Positions 14,148 to 27,395 of a stretch of 64,000 nucleotides of DNA are shown here, piece after piece; positions within the stretch are counted from its first letter, which is position 1; every line of letters begins with the position of its first letter. Source of the DNA: Antedon mediterranea. Lineage: Eukaryota > Animalia > Echinodermata. The translations under genes were made by a program, and so were the position numbers. The notes under the pieces were generated by a model. It was not told the origin of the DNA, searched no databases, and was given only the letters and a program-made list of their open reading frames with translations. Location: assembly GCF_964355755.1 (NCBI RefSeq), contig NC_092672.1:37330437-37394436 (forward strand), read 5' to 3'.

Positions 14148-14283
14148 CTGTAAGAGAAAAGACAATTGGGAAAATGAGAAAATAATTGTAAAATAATCAC
14201 TGAATTGTGTATGGTATAATTGAATTTAATGTATGATAATGAAAAATTAGTGGCTTAATTTAAAAAAATTACGCATAGGCCTA

Positions 14284-14735
14284 TAACATATGACTAGAAG
14301 TAGTGTCAATGGTTTTTCAGTTCCTAAATCTGATAGTCAGATATCTAAAACGTTTTATTATACAGGCATAAAGGCATGGAATAACCTACCTCATTCCATT
14401 CAACAAATAGAAAACAAATTTAATTTTAAGAAAAATGTTAAATCACATTTCTGTTCTACCAAATAATTTTATAAGTCAATCATAATCTTTAATTTAACTT
14501 GTTTTTTATATTATTGTTTTTGTAATATTTACGTGTTTAATGCAATACTTTGTAATGTTTATATTTTTTATTTTAGATTGTAAAAGGATCCCAATGGAAA
14601 TAAGCTGATAAGCTTTTTGGGCTATCCTGGAAAGTCTTTTATAAATGTATTATTTGTAATGTCCGTAATTTGTGTTATCACTTTGTATGTATTTTTTATG
14701 ATGATTTTCCAAATAAATTCAAATCAAATCAAATC
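14284..14735 (+). mobile_element. 3' fragment of an L2/Crack-type LINE with (ATCAA)n tail
   Basis: MTRSS...TFYYTGIKAWNNLPHSIQ...FKKNVK* resembles an ORF2 C-terminus. AATAAA plus microsatellite tail. Possible ATAACA TSD. Confidence 0.7.
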
Positions 14736-15970
14736 ATAACAGATTCTTATTATTGATATCATTATGGACATAATCCTGAGTTGTGGAAATTAGGATATTT
14801 TATACGAATATATATTAGGCCTACTGATATACTGTAAATAAGACCTCTTTAGTCCTACTTCACACGTTTACGTAGATCTATCTGATAAGAATTTGTTAAT
14901 TATTTTATTTTTATCGGCACGTTGATTTCTACCTACCATGCAAACGCATGCAGCAAGTCAGATTTTCCTCCACAATGAATCTTCCGAGAAAGATCTTTTA
15001 TTTATTTTCGATGCGCTTCCATTCAATTTTAAAATCGCTTTGATGCCTGCCGCCTCAATCCATCAAGAGGAATGGCGGGGGATATTTGAACTCCGTGGTA
15101 TATCTGGCTTAGGCCTAACCCTTTTGCGATTAATTCTTTCTAATAGTTCTGTTGTAGGCTACATTTTCTTTCACGGGCTCGTCGTTTATATTATCAAGTA
15201 GACGGTCATTGATGACCGAGTCTACGCATTTATCTCGTATAAAATCGCGTAGAGTTATCAAATTTAAATTGTGTTTATTTGTATCAATTATGTATGTTTG
15301 TTGCTGCTGTACATTGTCTACAAGATGTCCACCACCCAACAACAGGAGAATAAAACATGAAACACTAATATGCTTTCGTGATACATTAGCACTGTTCGGA
15401 AGTACTCATGATTGACTATCAATCCATTTTGTTCCCAAAAATGTGAAAGATATATGCTTTCCCATTAAATTTAATAAATTGAATATCACATGGCCATCCC
15501 AATTCCCTAACAAAACTATTGTTCATGTTTAAAAGTATTTATTTAATGTGTCTGTAGTTCTAGTTAAATTGCTTTGCATAAAGCAGCATTGAGAAATATT
15601 TAGATTATTATTATAAACAACCACTAAAGTATTTATTCCTGTACAAGGTCAGAAATCAAATTTCCCGCAAACTATTTTATAAAATCAGTGACCTATCTAA
15701 TAGTACATTGATTGGTTAATACCCAGTCAGTGAGGACCTGATTGACAAGCAGTGCCTGTTTGCTATTGGTCATTGGTAAGAGGAAGTTGAAAATGGACAG
15801 CAAGTTATTCTTAACACTTGCAGTCTTAAATAAACACGCTGGCATTTTTATTACACCACAGAGTATTATTCCTGTCAACTTATACCACAATTGACATGTT
15901 GAGGGGATAGGTCATCCACTGATTCAGTGGATGCCAAACGTAACGCTAAAGTAGCCTGGTCCGTGTAATG

Positions 15971-16160
15971 TAACATACGAAAGGATATTAAAATTCAGTG
16001 ACTTATTTCTATTTTATATCAATGTGCTCCTCACTGGCGCCAAATTGTGTCCACTTGAGCACAGTGTATTAACATACGAAAAGAATATTAAAATTAGTGA
16101 CTTATTTCTATTTTATATCACTGCGCTCCACTAGTGCTAAATTTGGTCCACTAGAGCAGC
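15971..16160. repeat. 97-bp satellite array, right remnant (2 copies)
   Basis: Same monomer as 8225-10563. Confidence 0.9.
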
Positions 16161-16915
16161 TACCGTAGTACTATTTCTATTTCGTAAGTAAATAAAGGCA
16201 TAAATGGCGCTCCGTAGAAGTAGAGAATGCTCGATCGTCGAAATGACGCTCTGAATATACCTCAATGACACTCTGAATATACCTCAGAATTTGAGGGCGC
16301 TATTTATGATTGACAGAGCCATTACAGTATAAAAATACGGCTTTCTTTGATTTCATGAACACGTCCTTCAATCTGTCATCTTGGTGCCAAAACTTTCCAA
16401 AAGAAAGTACGCCTTTTTTCAATCATTTGATCGACTATAGAATTAGCATCACGTCACAATTATCTCTTAATAACTACACTGTACAAATAATTTAAAACAA
16501 GCATTCATATAGAAAGATGAAACCAGAAAAAACTTCTGATTTTTAACTTTTTAATAAATACAAAATGTGTATAAGACAACAGACAACACTCAGTAATACT
16601 GTATTTTACATCAGTAGGTATGGTATTATGGACTCCTAGCTGAAGCTTTGACAACAAATCTGCATGCTCAGGGAAAGCCACTGGTTGTTTTTAAGATCAT
16701 TTCTAGGATCTCACCAAACTACCGGTTTATTATTTTATCAGATTTTTTTTTTCTTCTTTCAGTTTGCCGAATCTATTTCTTTCATCTTTTCTTTTGTCAT
16801 CTTTTGTTATATTAGTGTTTTCTTTCACATGATTTGTCTTTTCTTTCACACGACTTCTTTTTGTTCCAACTTGTCATCCTCTCGTGATATGTTTCAATTG
16901 TTCATCTTTCTTCTT

Positions 16916-19900
16916 TCACCTTCTCTTCGTTTCTTTGACTTGTACCACGTATCGTTGAGCAACTTTTAATGGCGGTGAGTAACCATCAACATACGAAGTA
17001 TCTTCAAATAAAACTAAATATTCGTCTTGTGGCTGTTACAAAAAAAAACAAATGTTTACACAATTTATCATTATTAATTTGATTCGGTAAAAAGATACTA
17101 AAGCTCTGTCCACAACATCAAACTAGTTTGACAAAAAAAGTGGGATGTGCTTAAATATGGTAGTGATATGACATCATGTCTATTAAGCTCTGTCTACACT
17201 ATCAAACTAGTTTGACAAAAAAGTGGGATGTGCTTAAATATGGTAGCGATATGACATCATGTATATTAAGCTCTGTCTACACTATCAAACTAGTTTGACA
17301 AAAAAGTGGGATGTGCTTAAATATGGTAGTGATATGACATCATGTCTATTAAGCTCTGTCTACACTATCAAACTAGTTTGACAAAAAAAGTGGGATGTGC
17401 TTAAATATGGTAGTGATATGACATCATCACATCCATTATCACATTAGATTTTTTTGTTACATAACGTTTGATATAGTGTAAACAAAGCTTAATGTAATAA
17501 TTTTAGAATTGAAATAACTTACCCCAGTAGGAGGTGCATTAACAATTGCTCTATAAAAACAAGTGGTTTGTGGATACAATGCCATCACAAGCTAAAATAA
17601 TCAAAGAAAATAAAAAATACATTTTTTTCATTTTTACACTGCAGAACATACTACTCAAATATTTTCATATAATTGTTTTCTTTTGAATGATCCAAAAATA
17701 TCTATTTATTTAATGTCTTTGTGGCCAAGGATTACCAATAGTAAATTAATAACTGTTCTATCAGATAGGTGGTAATCCCCCAGGGGCTATTTTGTAAACC
17801 CCTATTTGACTCGAATGATGAACTGGGTTCTTTAAAGTACACACAGGTTATAACTGTGTACACTGGACCTATGATTTATAGTCCTTATCCGAGAAGACTT
17901 GTTCTACCACCAGAAATGTACACACATATTTTTGTCTATGGATTGTTACTTACTGTTCCTTTACTAAACAGTGCTTCTGGGTTTGTCTCTGGGTTTGTCT
18001 TCATCAAAGGTAGTGGTAAAACTCTTCTTTTAGATAAAAGATGTCTCCTGAAATCCAAATAATAATAAAGAAAATTTGTCATTTTCAATTGTGTGTATAC
18101 CTCCCTGCCTTTATCTTAACACTAAATGTTTTATTTGAATACTATGATCTATCCCACAATTTTAATTATTTCAGAATTTAATCATCAAGTGGTTTAAGTT
18201 TAAAGCTCTGTCTACACTATCAAACTTTATTTGACACAAAAAGTGTGATGTGCCCAAATATGGTAGTGACATACCCAAATATAGTAGTGATATGACATCA
18301 TCATGTCCGTATATGGGCACATCACACTTTTTTTGTCACATAAAGTTTGATAGTGTGGACAGAGCCTTAGCAGTCAATATTTGTTCCTTGTCATTAACAA
18401 ATAATTTGACTCACTCTTTTCCCTCTTCATCGATATCTTCTACTTCATATTTATTTGTGTTTACATTAAACATATCGACCTCAGCCAGAATCCAGTTCTC
18501 ATCTCCATCTGACCCTCGAACTCTTGCGGCGACCTTATCACCCTTCTTTGCAACGTAATTATTTTCGGCAGCAATTGCACCACACAATGGTGGTGGACTG
18601 ATTAAAAACAAATTAAAAATAAAAACAATTGGAATCAATTATTCATCTAAACATTTACTATGTCCAATTGGTAGAATTAGAAAAAATATGGTACAATATA
18701 CAATTATTATATCATAATCAATTCTAATTAAACTAAAGGCTATAAGACATTAAACTTAACAATCCATTTCTATTTGAACTCTAAAACTCTGTTATACCAG
18801 GGTAACTCTTCCCTGGTTATACTGACCTTTCACCTGGCTTTCCCACCCACAATGGAAGCAAGAGGGCGCTCTGTTGTAACATCGTCATCAGCACGCCTCT
18901 TCTCATTGTTTTTCTAGGCCCATCCGATTCATTAAAGTTACCACTGAGTCGAGCTTGAATCCGGTGCTCATTCTGGATATTTCTCACTTGTTTAATTGTG
19001 TCCAACGCTTTCCACAAAACTCTAAAAATCATCAATATCACAATTTAGCAAAAATATTTAAAAAATGATTTGCTGTAATTTAGATGGGAATCTTATACAA
19101 ACTCTATGTACTCCTTTTCTGCCATAAATGGGACAATCTATATTATTTATTTACAATAAAACAAATTTAGTTTTGTTGTAAGAGAATGAATAAAATAATA
19201 GATGAATGACAATGAATGACTATACCGTGTATCCTCTGGTATAATTCCACCCCCTAGAACACTAATTGAGGCCTACTTTGGGGTGGAACTACACCCGGGG
19301 AAATCTTGATTCAGAAAAAAAAAGTAATAAGTATTTCTTGTGAAAACTCATCTAAACTGGCTAGAGAGAGACCTACATCCAGACCAAAAGTCAATACTGG
19401 GACTATACCTGGGGATATGCTGTTTGTGAAATCAGACATAAAGTAGGGGTATGGATTAAACCTGAAGTGGGGTTAAACCCAAAGTGGGATTATACCTAAG
19501 GATATACGGTGACAGTGACTTACTCTGCCTCATTTTCTGCATCTGACATAGCATTTGTGTAAAGAGTCTTGAGTTTTGTTTTATAGTAAGGAGTAATCTT
19601 CTGCTCTGTCTGCATCTTTTCATGTGTTTTAGTAATGTTGCCCAGGTTATGATCTCCCTTATCACGTTCTTCCTATAGAACAGAAATGAAAAGTTTTTAC
19701 ATTAAATTCATTTATAAAACATCTACAAAACATAGAGTAGATTTTCAGTAGAAATAAACAGCAAAGACTGTCAAATAAAACGCTCTACAAAAAGGTCAAG
19801 ACAGCTATCAGATGAACTTTAACCTTAAACTCTATCAAACTTTATGTGACAAAAAAAATGTGATGTTCCCATATATGGACATGATGATGTCTTAAGATTT

Positions 19901-20128
19901 GAAAAATGATTTTAATATTTTATTCTACTAGTCTACTAGCTTTTATTCATTTATTGTATTAAAAACATGCATTTATACCTGTACTTGTTTAATGAGTTTA
20001 TGTAACTCAACAAGATGTTCTTGGATGGTGCTTGTTGTTTCTTGTGCAGTTAGAGCAGGGGATGGCACAGACGCTAGGCTGATGGGGGTGTTGTTGTTGG
20101 CATTCTTGCCTCTTCTAGCTGAACTCAT
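16916..20128 (-). CDS. SGF29: SAGA-associated factor 29 (exons 20128-19979, 19672-19524, 19021-18827, 18597-18415, 18047-17954, 17591-17523, 17032-16916; 318 aa)
   Basis: MRRGVLMTMLQQSA..LPLWVGKPGE, PPPLCGAI, VAARV..ENWILAEV, ALYPQTTCFYRA, LFEDTSY.DGYSPPL.VAQRYVV (tandem Tudor). Exon phases are consistent. Confidence 0.96.
17100..17491. mobile_element. MITE family A with its left ~83 bp tandemly amplified 4x
   Basis: Four AAGCTCTGTCTACACTATCAAACTAGTTTG starts and one degenerate right end. Confidence 0.8.
18203..18366. mobile_element. MITE family A, full copy
   Basis: AGCTCTGTCTACAC...GTGTGGACAGAGCC flanked by TAA/TTA. Confidence 0.8.
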
Positions 20129-20399
20129 CTTCTTGTTTTAAGTCAATCAACACATATTCTAATAATAATGAAAACAATGAATAATGTATTTTCCACTGTG
20201 CTCTGTGGTGCTATATTTATTTATAAAAAAATATAGGCCTAGGCCTAGGCCTAGATTAAATTAAATTATATAAAAAAAATATTGTATAATTGGATCATAA
20301 TTAAACAGGCCTACCATACTGGGTATATTTACTAAAGAATCTTTTCGATAAACATCATGATGAGTATGCCTGTCACGATATAAATTATATGAATTAATC

Positions 20400-20791
20400 T
20401 AGGCCTACCAAAGTGAGCCCAAGTGAGCCAGTACGGCACAGGTTCGCCTATCAAAATGAATTTACTTCGCTAGAACGTTAAGCCAAACAAAACAAAAATA
20501 TATCAAAGAAGGGCTTAGCTTATTTGGCGATTTCACACTACCCTTACAACTGTGCTTTCTGTATTTTTAACACTAATCTAATTCTTAACGTTTTGCTTTA
20601 TAATTAGGCCATTTATTTCAAAGTAAAGTTAAATAAAATTGTTAAAAAATCACCTTTTAGAAAAGAAAACAAAAGAAGTACGAGTGTATTTACGACGCTC
20701 AATAAAATTGTGTAAACAGCGCCACCAATTTGTAAACATTTTGTGAAAACAGCGCCACCAATCGTTTTGATTTTCCTGGCGTGAAAAAAGA
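20400..20791. promoter_or_regulatory. Probable bidirectional promoter SGF29/GTF2H3
   Basis: Head-to-head ATGs 664 bp apart. Duplicated AAACAGCGCCACCAAT motif at ~20715 and ~20747. Confidence 0.5.
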
Positions 20792-23700
20792 ATGTCTGAC
20801 GGTAAATGTTAGCTTTAATTTTCACATTTCAATACAAATAGCCGATTATTTACTTCAAACTACGTCAATAATACTGCAACAAGATTTTTGCTAAGTACAG
20901 ACAGATTCATAACAATCCTTAATATTGTAAAATCTGACTGTACACTGTATTGTATTTTGTAGGCCTATTATTTACTGTTACTGTTCAGTCAAGCATGACA
21001 AATAATTTATATAGGCATTTTCTTTTGTATTGTTTTCTGTTATGGTTTCTTAATTTTAGAGGAGGACTGTGATTGTCTGGTGGTTATTGTTGATGTTAAT
21101 CCCGTCTGGTGGGGTCAACGTAGCAAGTCATCACATCAGGTACGGTATATACGCCGTACGGATATCAAATCAATATTAAATTCCAATTTCTGTTAATAAT
21201 GCAATAATAATGCAGTACCTTAATGTTTAAATTTCTTTTTCTTTTATAGATTACACTCACAGAATGTATAGAGAATGTATTAGTTTTTGTTAATTCGCAT
21301 CTAATGATGAAGCATACAAACCAAATAGCTATAATAGCAAGTCATACACATGAGAGGTAAATATGCACACAGTTTTTATATGACTGCTGTCGTCTAACTT
21401 ACTCAGATAGTACTGTAGTATATCGCCCTCATCGTACCACTCCTTATCTTCTACTTTGTTTATTCGATAAATAATTGTGTTGTAATTTTTCACTTTAAAA
21501 TGTTTATAGCCGATTCTTATATCCGCGACGAAATAGTGAAAGCACAGATGCGACAGATGAAATAAGATCAGCCGATGGGAAATACGAGTTGTTTGCTTTG
21601 GTTGATAACACAGTCATGGAGGAATTTAAGAAACTTATGACTGAAAGTAAGTTACATGTCTCCGTCACCATCATTTATATCATCATCACAATCACCATTA
21701 TCATCATCATCACCATTATCATCATCATCATCATCATTTAAATCATCATCATCATTTAAATCATCATCACCATTTAAATCATCATCACCAATACCATCAT
21801 CATTATCATCATCACAATCACCATTATCATCATCATCACCATTATCATCATCATTTAAATCATCACCATTACCATCATCATTATTATCATCACAATCACC
21901 ATTATCATCATCATTATTATCATCATCATCAACATCATCATCAATAATTATAAAAGTTAATATTGTAAACCACATCATTAAAGTACCTACATTTTTAGAA
22001 TATCAGTATAGTATAAAAAGATTGTTAACTTGGTGAGGGAGACTTGTCACATACAAACTAATAGATCCACAAATAGAAACAGTAAACAAACAAAACAAAA
22101 ACAGAAATTGCACAAAAGACCACAATGAAATGATACCATCTTTTGATTTATCTTTTCAGGTCACACAGGCAGTGTCCATACAGACACGTTGCTATCAGGG
22201 TCTTTAGCAATGGCATTGTGTTATATAAACAAACTCGACAAAAAAAGCAAAGGTATGTTGTAATACTGATTGTTTTATTATCTTAGCATCATTCTTGTTT
22301 TGTTTTTTGTTTGTTAGTTACAACATCATTTATTTTTTATTTCATTTCAGTTGGAGTAAAAAGAAGATCAAGAATTCTTGTAAGACATTTATTTCTATAG
22401 TTTAACAACAAACTGAATATCCTTATCTTTTGCTTTGTGATTTTAGAAATTTAGCCCCCTGACGCCACTTCAATCTGAATCTATGACAGCCCCACTATCA
22501 GACATGGCAAATGCTATAAAATGTTATGTGACAACAAATATGATGTGCCCATATGGACATGATGATGTCATATCATTACCATATTTGGGCACATCACTAC
22601 CATATTTGGGCACATCACACTTTTTTTGTCAAACTAGTTTTATAGTGTAGACAGAGCTTTATATACATACCTACCCATACAGTAAACAACCACTATAATT
22701 CATAAACCTTGAGGAAAGTTCTTGAAATTGTGTCATTAATTTTGATGTAATATCATTCAGAAATGGTATAAAATGTAATCATTACTAGGTTATCAAGGCC
22801 TCGGATGACAGTGCTTCTCAGTATATGAATTTTATGAACGTCATATTCACGGCCCAAAAGCAGGTACTATTATTGGTTTTGTATATTATGTAGTATTTAA
22901 ATGAAATTAATATATAATACTTAATAGTGAGGGAAGTATTAGTTGTAAATGTTAATTTTACAAGAGTTTCTTAATCAATTTTTCATTTATTGTTTTTACA
23001 GAATGTTTTAATTGATGCATGTGTCCTTGGTAATGACTCTGGGTTGCTACAACAGGTAATTGATTTTATAGTTACTATGGTTACTGTGGTCCACAGTTTC
23101 TAAAGGGAAGCTTACAGACATACCATATTTTTTACAGACATACCATATTGTGTAAATTAGTCAAATATTAGCTATGTTACTTCCCAAGGCCGTAGCGAGA
23201 GGTTAAAAACAGATGAGGCAAAGATGCTTTAAATATAATGATTAAATATAAAATATGCAATCTGTGCTGGGGAATTTGGGAAGATGAGCACGATGGCCCT
23301 GCTTCCTACTAACAGACACTGTTTGTTGTTGTTATAGGCATGTGATATAAGTCATGGAATCTACCTGAAGATACCACAAATCAAAGGACTAGTACAGTAC
23401 TTATTGGTGAGTAAATACTTAGATACTGCGCAAGTAAGGACAGTACTTATTGGTGAGTAAATACTTAGATACTGTACAAGTAAGGACAGTACTTATTGGT
23501 GAGTAAATACTTAGATACCGTGCAAGTAAGGACAGTACTTATTGGTGAGTAAATACTTAGATACTGTACAAGTAAGGACAGTACTTATTGGTGAGTAAAT
23601 ACTTAGATACCGTGCAAGTAAGGACAGTACTTATTGGTGAGTAAATACTTAATTACTGCGCAAGTAAGGACAGTACTTATTGGTGAGTAAATACTTAGAT

Positions 23701-24837
23701 ACTGTACAAGTAAGGACAGTACTTATTGGTGAGTAAATACTTAGATACCGTGCAAGTAAGGACAGTACTTATTGGTGAGTAAATACTTAGATACTGTACA
23801 AGTAAGGACAGTACTTATTGGTGAGTAAATACTTAGATACCGTGCAAGTAAGGACAGTACTTATTGGTGAGTAAATACTTAATTACTGTGCAAGTAAGGA
23901 CAGTACTTATTGGTGAGTAAATACTTAGATACCGTGCAAGTAAGGACAGTACTTATTGGTGAGTAAATACTTAGATACTGTGCAAGTAAGGACAGTACTT
24001 ATTGGTGAGTAAATACTTAGATACCGTGCAAGTAAGGACAGTATTTATTGGTGGATAAATACTTAGATACCGTGCAAGTAAGGACAGTACTTATTAAACG
24101 GCGTCATGTTCTTTCTTTCAGTGGGTGTTTTTGCCTGCTGCTAGTTTGCGTGACACACTGGTACTGCCCCCAGCTATACAGGTTGACTATAGGGCAGCTT
24201 GCTTTTGCCATCGAACGCTGGTAGATGTTGGATATGTTTGTTCAGTTTGTTTGTCCAGTAAGTTAATGAAATAAAGACCAGTTGTATATTGCTAGACTGT
24301 TTTATTATTTGGTGGTATGGTAAATATAAGTAGTAGAAGAAAAACATAAAATTGAAATGTATTAATATGTGGTGTTTGTTCTTTTTTTATTTTCAGTTTT
24401 TTGTCAATTTAGTCCAATTTGTTCAACATGTCAGTAAGTAGACTACATTTTTTTTTTTTTTTTTTTTACCATATTAAATGAGGGTGATCCAATTGCTGAT
24501 CATTAGGGACCCTCAGAGGTTGACAAGACAAACAGATACACAAGATGCTCTACATAAACAAATTATTACAAGTCTTTGGGAGTGGAGTTGTAATTTTGTC
24601 CTTACAAAAAAAACTTGACATGAGACGGAACTTGAACCCAGGACTATTGGAGTGGTAGCCAAGCATCATAACCACCAAGCCACAACTCCACAGATCATTA
24701 TTATTACATTAATACTGACACATTTGAATCCAAATTGTATCAAATATTAAATTTCCTTTTCCAGTACTGCATTCAAGTTTATGGGACCACCATCGATGAA
24801 ATCAAAGAAGAAAAAAAGTAGTTTGCCGGCTAGCTGA
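20792..24837 (+). CDS. GTF2H3: TFIIH subunit p34 (12 exons: 20792-20801, 21060-21139, 21250-21356, 21510-21646, 22160-22252, 22351-22379, 22789-22863, 23002-23055, 23338-23406, 24122-24257, 24397-24433, 24765-24837; 299 aa)
   Basis: [75 protein letters not shown]. All phases are consistent. Confidence 0.96.
21665..21945. repeat. Degenerate (ATC)n microsatellite in GTF2H3 intron 4
   Basis: ATC/ACC/ATT triplets. The poly-D and poly-S ORFs are artefacts. Confidence 0.9.
22515..22660. mobile_element. MITE family A copy (reverse orientation)
   Basis: Ends ...TAGTGTAGACAGAGCT. Shares the internal ATATTTGGGCACATCAC. Further copies at ~19825, 25072, 27674 and 53724. Confidence 0.7.
23395..24095 (+). 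repeat. 46-bp tandem repeat (~15 copies) containing the GTF2H3 exon 9 donor site
   Basis: Unit CAGTACTTATTG|GTGAGTAAATACTTAGATACTGTACAAGTAAGGA. Confidence 0.95.
24447..24692 (-). mobile_element. tRNA-derived SINE with poly(A) tail
   Basis: Minus strand has A-box TGGCTTGGTGG and B-box-like GGTTCAAGTTCC, and ends in an A run of about 21. Confidence 0.6.
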
Positions 24838-25719
24838 CAAGAAAAAAATAGTGTAAAATGAAGGAGTGCAGAGAGTGGAAGATGAAGAGCCTCAGTATTG
24901 AAGAATAGAATAAAGTGGACAAGAAATGAGATGAAATTAAAAAAATGATCATCTAGATTCTAAAAAAAAACATATTTCTTTGTATATTGTGTATATTTAC
25001 GTACAGAAGTTTGTAATAAACAAGAATTCAGCACAAAAAAATAATACAGGTAATTTTCAAATTATTGGTGTAAAGCTCTGTGTATATATCAAACTGTGTG
25101 ACAAAATAATGTGATGTGCCCATATATAGACATGATGATGTCATATCACTACCATATTTGGGCACATCACACTTTTTTGTCAAACTTGTTTGATAGTGTA
25201 GCTTTAGATTGTGAAAAAAGGTGAAGAGTTTCCAGGAATTTGTAGTTTAAGCAGGGATTTCACTTTTGTCTGGTTTAACTTGATTGCTTCCACTTCTTAC
25301 AAAAAACATGTTTGTGTTATCTCTTCAAATCAATCGATGAGTCATTATCATACACCAAGTTGTCTGGTGGTCACATGACTAATCCTCCTACTCACACAAG
25401 TCACCTGATCAAACTTTGTGCACACCAAGTCATCTGATCACACCTTGTGCGCACCAAATCACCTGACCAAAACAATGCAAGCACCATGTGATTTTTTCCA
25501 ACTGTTGTTTATGTTCATATGAAAAACACAATGGTATTTGACAAAGTATTTTATTTCAAATAATCGCCTTATATTATTTTAATAAAAGAAATTGATTGAA
25601 TATATTTGTTTTTCATACAATATTATAATATTTAAATCTACATAGATAGATGGATAATACTACTAATGATTAGCATGTAGATAAATCAATACACAGGGAT
25701 TAAAATAAACGAAAACTTT

Positions 25720-25940
25720 CTGTACTGTATCTCAACATATTCAGTCCAGTATCCTGGGACAATTCTGTGATACAGTGTCACACATTTATCACATGTGGCA
25801 ACTCTATTATAATTCATATAGTTTGTTATAGGTTCTGTGTTATTTTAGAAATATGCATGTGACCTGATACAGGTATCACGATGTGCTACTGTATCACAGA
25901 ATTGGCCTATGATACTGGACAAATTATAGATACTGTACCA
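25720..25940. mobile_element. Degenerate MITE / inverted repeat
   Basis: GTCCAGTATC..AATTCTGTGATACAGT vs ACTGTATCACAGAATT..GATACTGGAC. Confidence 0.5.
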
Positions 25941-27395
25941 TCACCAGAATAGGTTTAAAAACTACATTTTCACTGATACCCTAATGGTTACTACTATTTC
26001 TAAAAAAAAAAATATATATAATTGATGGAATAAAATATAGTAACAATTGACGTACACTAAGAAATTATACAAAAACTGTTTAGGCCCTACTAATCACATG
26101 ATTTGTGTGCGTTTGTACTCTCTATCTTCATCATTAAATAACATACTTTGGGATCGTTGCCAATAAATAATCTCAGTCACTAGAATGCTTAGGTTTAGCT
26201 ACAACATAATTTACATACTTATGTTTCTCTACAAAATTTCAGTATAAAATTAACAAAATAAAATCCATTTTGTATTCTTGGCACTTGCAATAAAGAAAGT
26301 GCTCATTATACATAAACATCAAAATTAATATTTTTAAATATAACTAATATATGTCCAACAAGTGTATATATTCCATATTACAAAAAAAAAATTAAAATAA
26401 TTTTGTAAAATACCTTCTACTTGCCAAATTTAAAAGGAATTTTTAGTTTGAACAATATCAACTAAATCAGGCTATACCCATTACTAATTTCAGTACATTA
26501 AAAGCTCAGGTAAATTCCTGGTAATTTGCTATCAAGGTTATTGTTCAAAGGTACAATCAGAGGGGGAGGGGGGGAGTTCCAGGATTTGTTTGAGAGGGAG
26601 GGGGAGGGAGGACTAACTAATAACAATACAGTAATAGCCTGTTAAATATACTGTAGATCAAACAAAGTAGTTCATTTTAGCGGCAGAACCGCCCCTGATA
26701 AACAGAAAGATTATGCTATGGGAATTCAATGAAATTTACATTGCTTTTGTTTGCCAAGAAGTGTATATTGAAGGTAGTGTTTTGGGGACGAGGCCAATAT
26801 TCACTGTAAATCATGTTTATGTCAACAACACATGTAAAAAAAACATTACATTGATGTGCTGCTGAGTTAAAATAAATACTGTATTAATGATTGCCATTAA
26901 CAAGCTCACTACAAAGGGTGTCTGGAAAACTAAGATATCTTGCAGTATTAAACTACTGAAGGCATTAACTTTCTAGATACCCTACTACAAAATAGCTACA
27001 AATATTATAATCTACTCCGTGTTACGACCCTGGTTTGACAATTAAGTAGCATTAATTTACTCACAATACAATTTAAATTCTTGTACTCAAGATGATTGTT
27101 TTTAATTCACAAATAACTCGTGAATAACAGTGACTCCCACCAATTTTTTCAATTTCAGATTTTAAACTTTAAAACAGCCATGACCAAACTCACTTCCGTT
27201 TTTCATGAAATAATTTGCTACTCGTCTTAGGTGGAAGAGAATTCAACCCAGAGGGTGTGGGCTTAATTGAGCAACCCCCTCATATCATACATTTTTTTTA
27301 CTCCTACTAACTTTAAAACCATAACCAGATGTGACATTTAGAGATTACAGTACAAACATGAACCAAACACCATACAATACAAGCTATTATTACAG

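Larger units (their letters stand above)
10564..15970. mobile_element. 5.4-kb non-autonomous TIR DNA transposon with TA TSD, inserted in the 97-bp satellite
   Basis: ~40-bp TIR CATTACGCGGACCAGGCTACGTTAGCGTTACG vs CGTAACGCTAAAGTAGCCTGGTCCGTGTAATG. The satellite monomer GTGTATTA|ACATACG is split with TA duplicated. Confidence 0.9.

Noticed and set aside
21652-22036. Poly-Asp / poly-Ser ORFs
   Set aside because: (ATC)n microsatellite inside a GTF2H3 intron.
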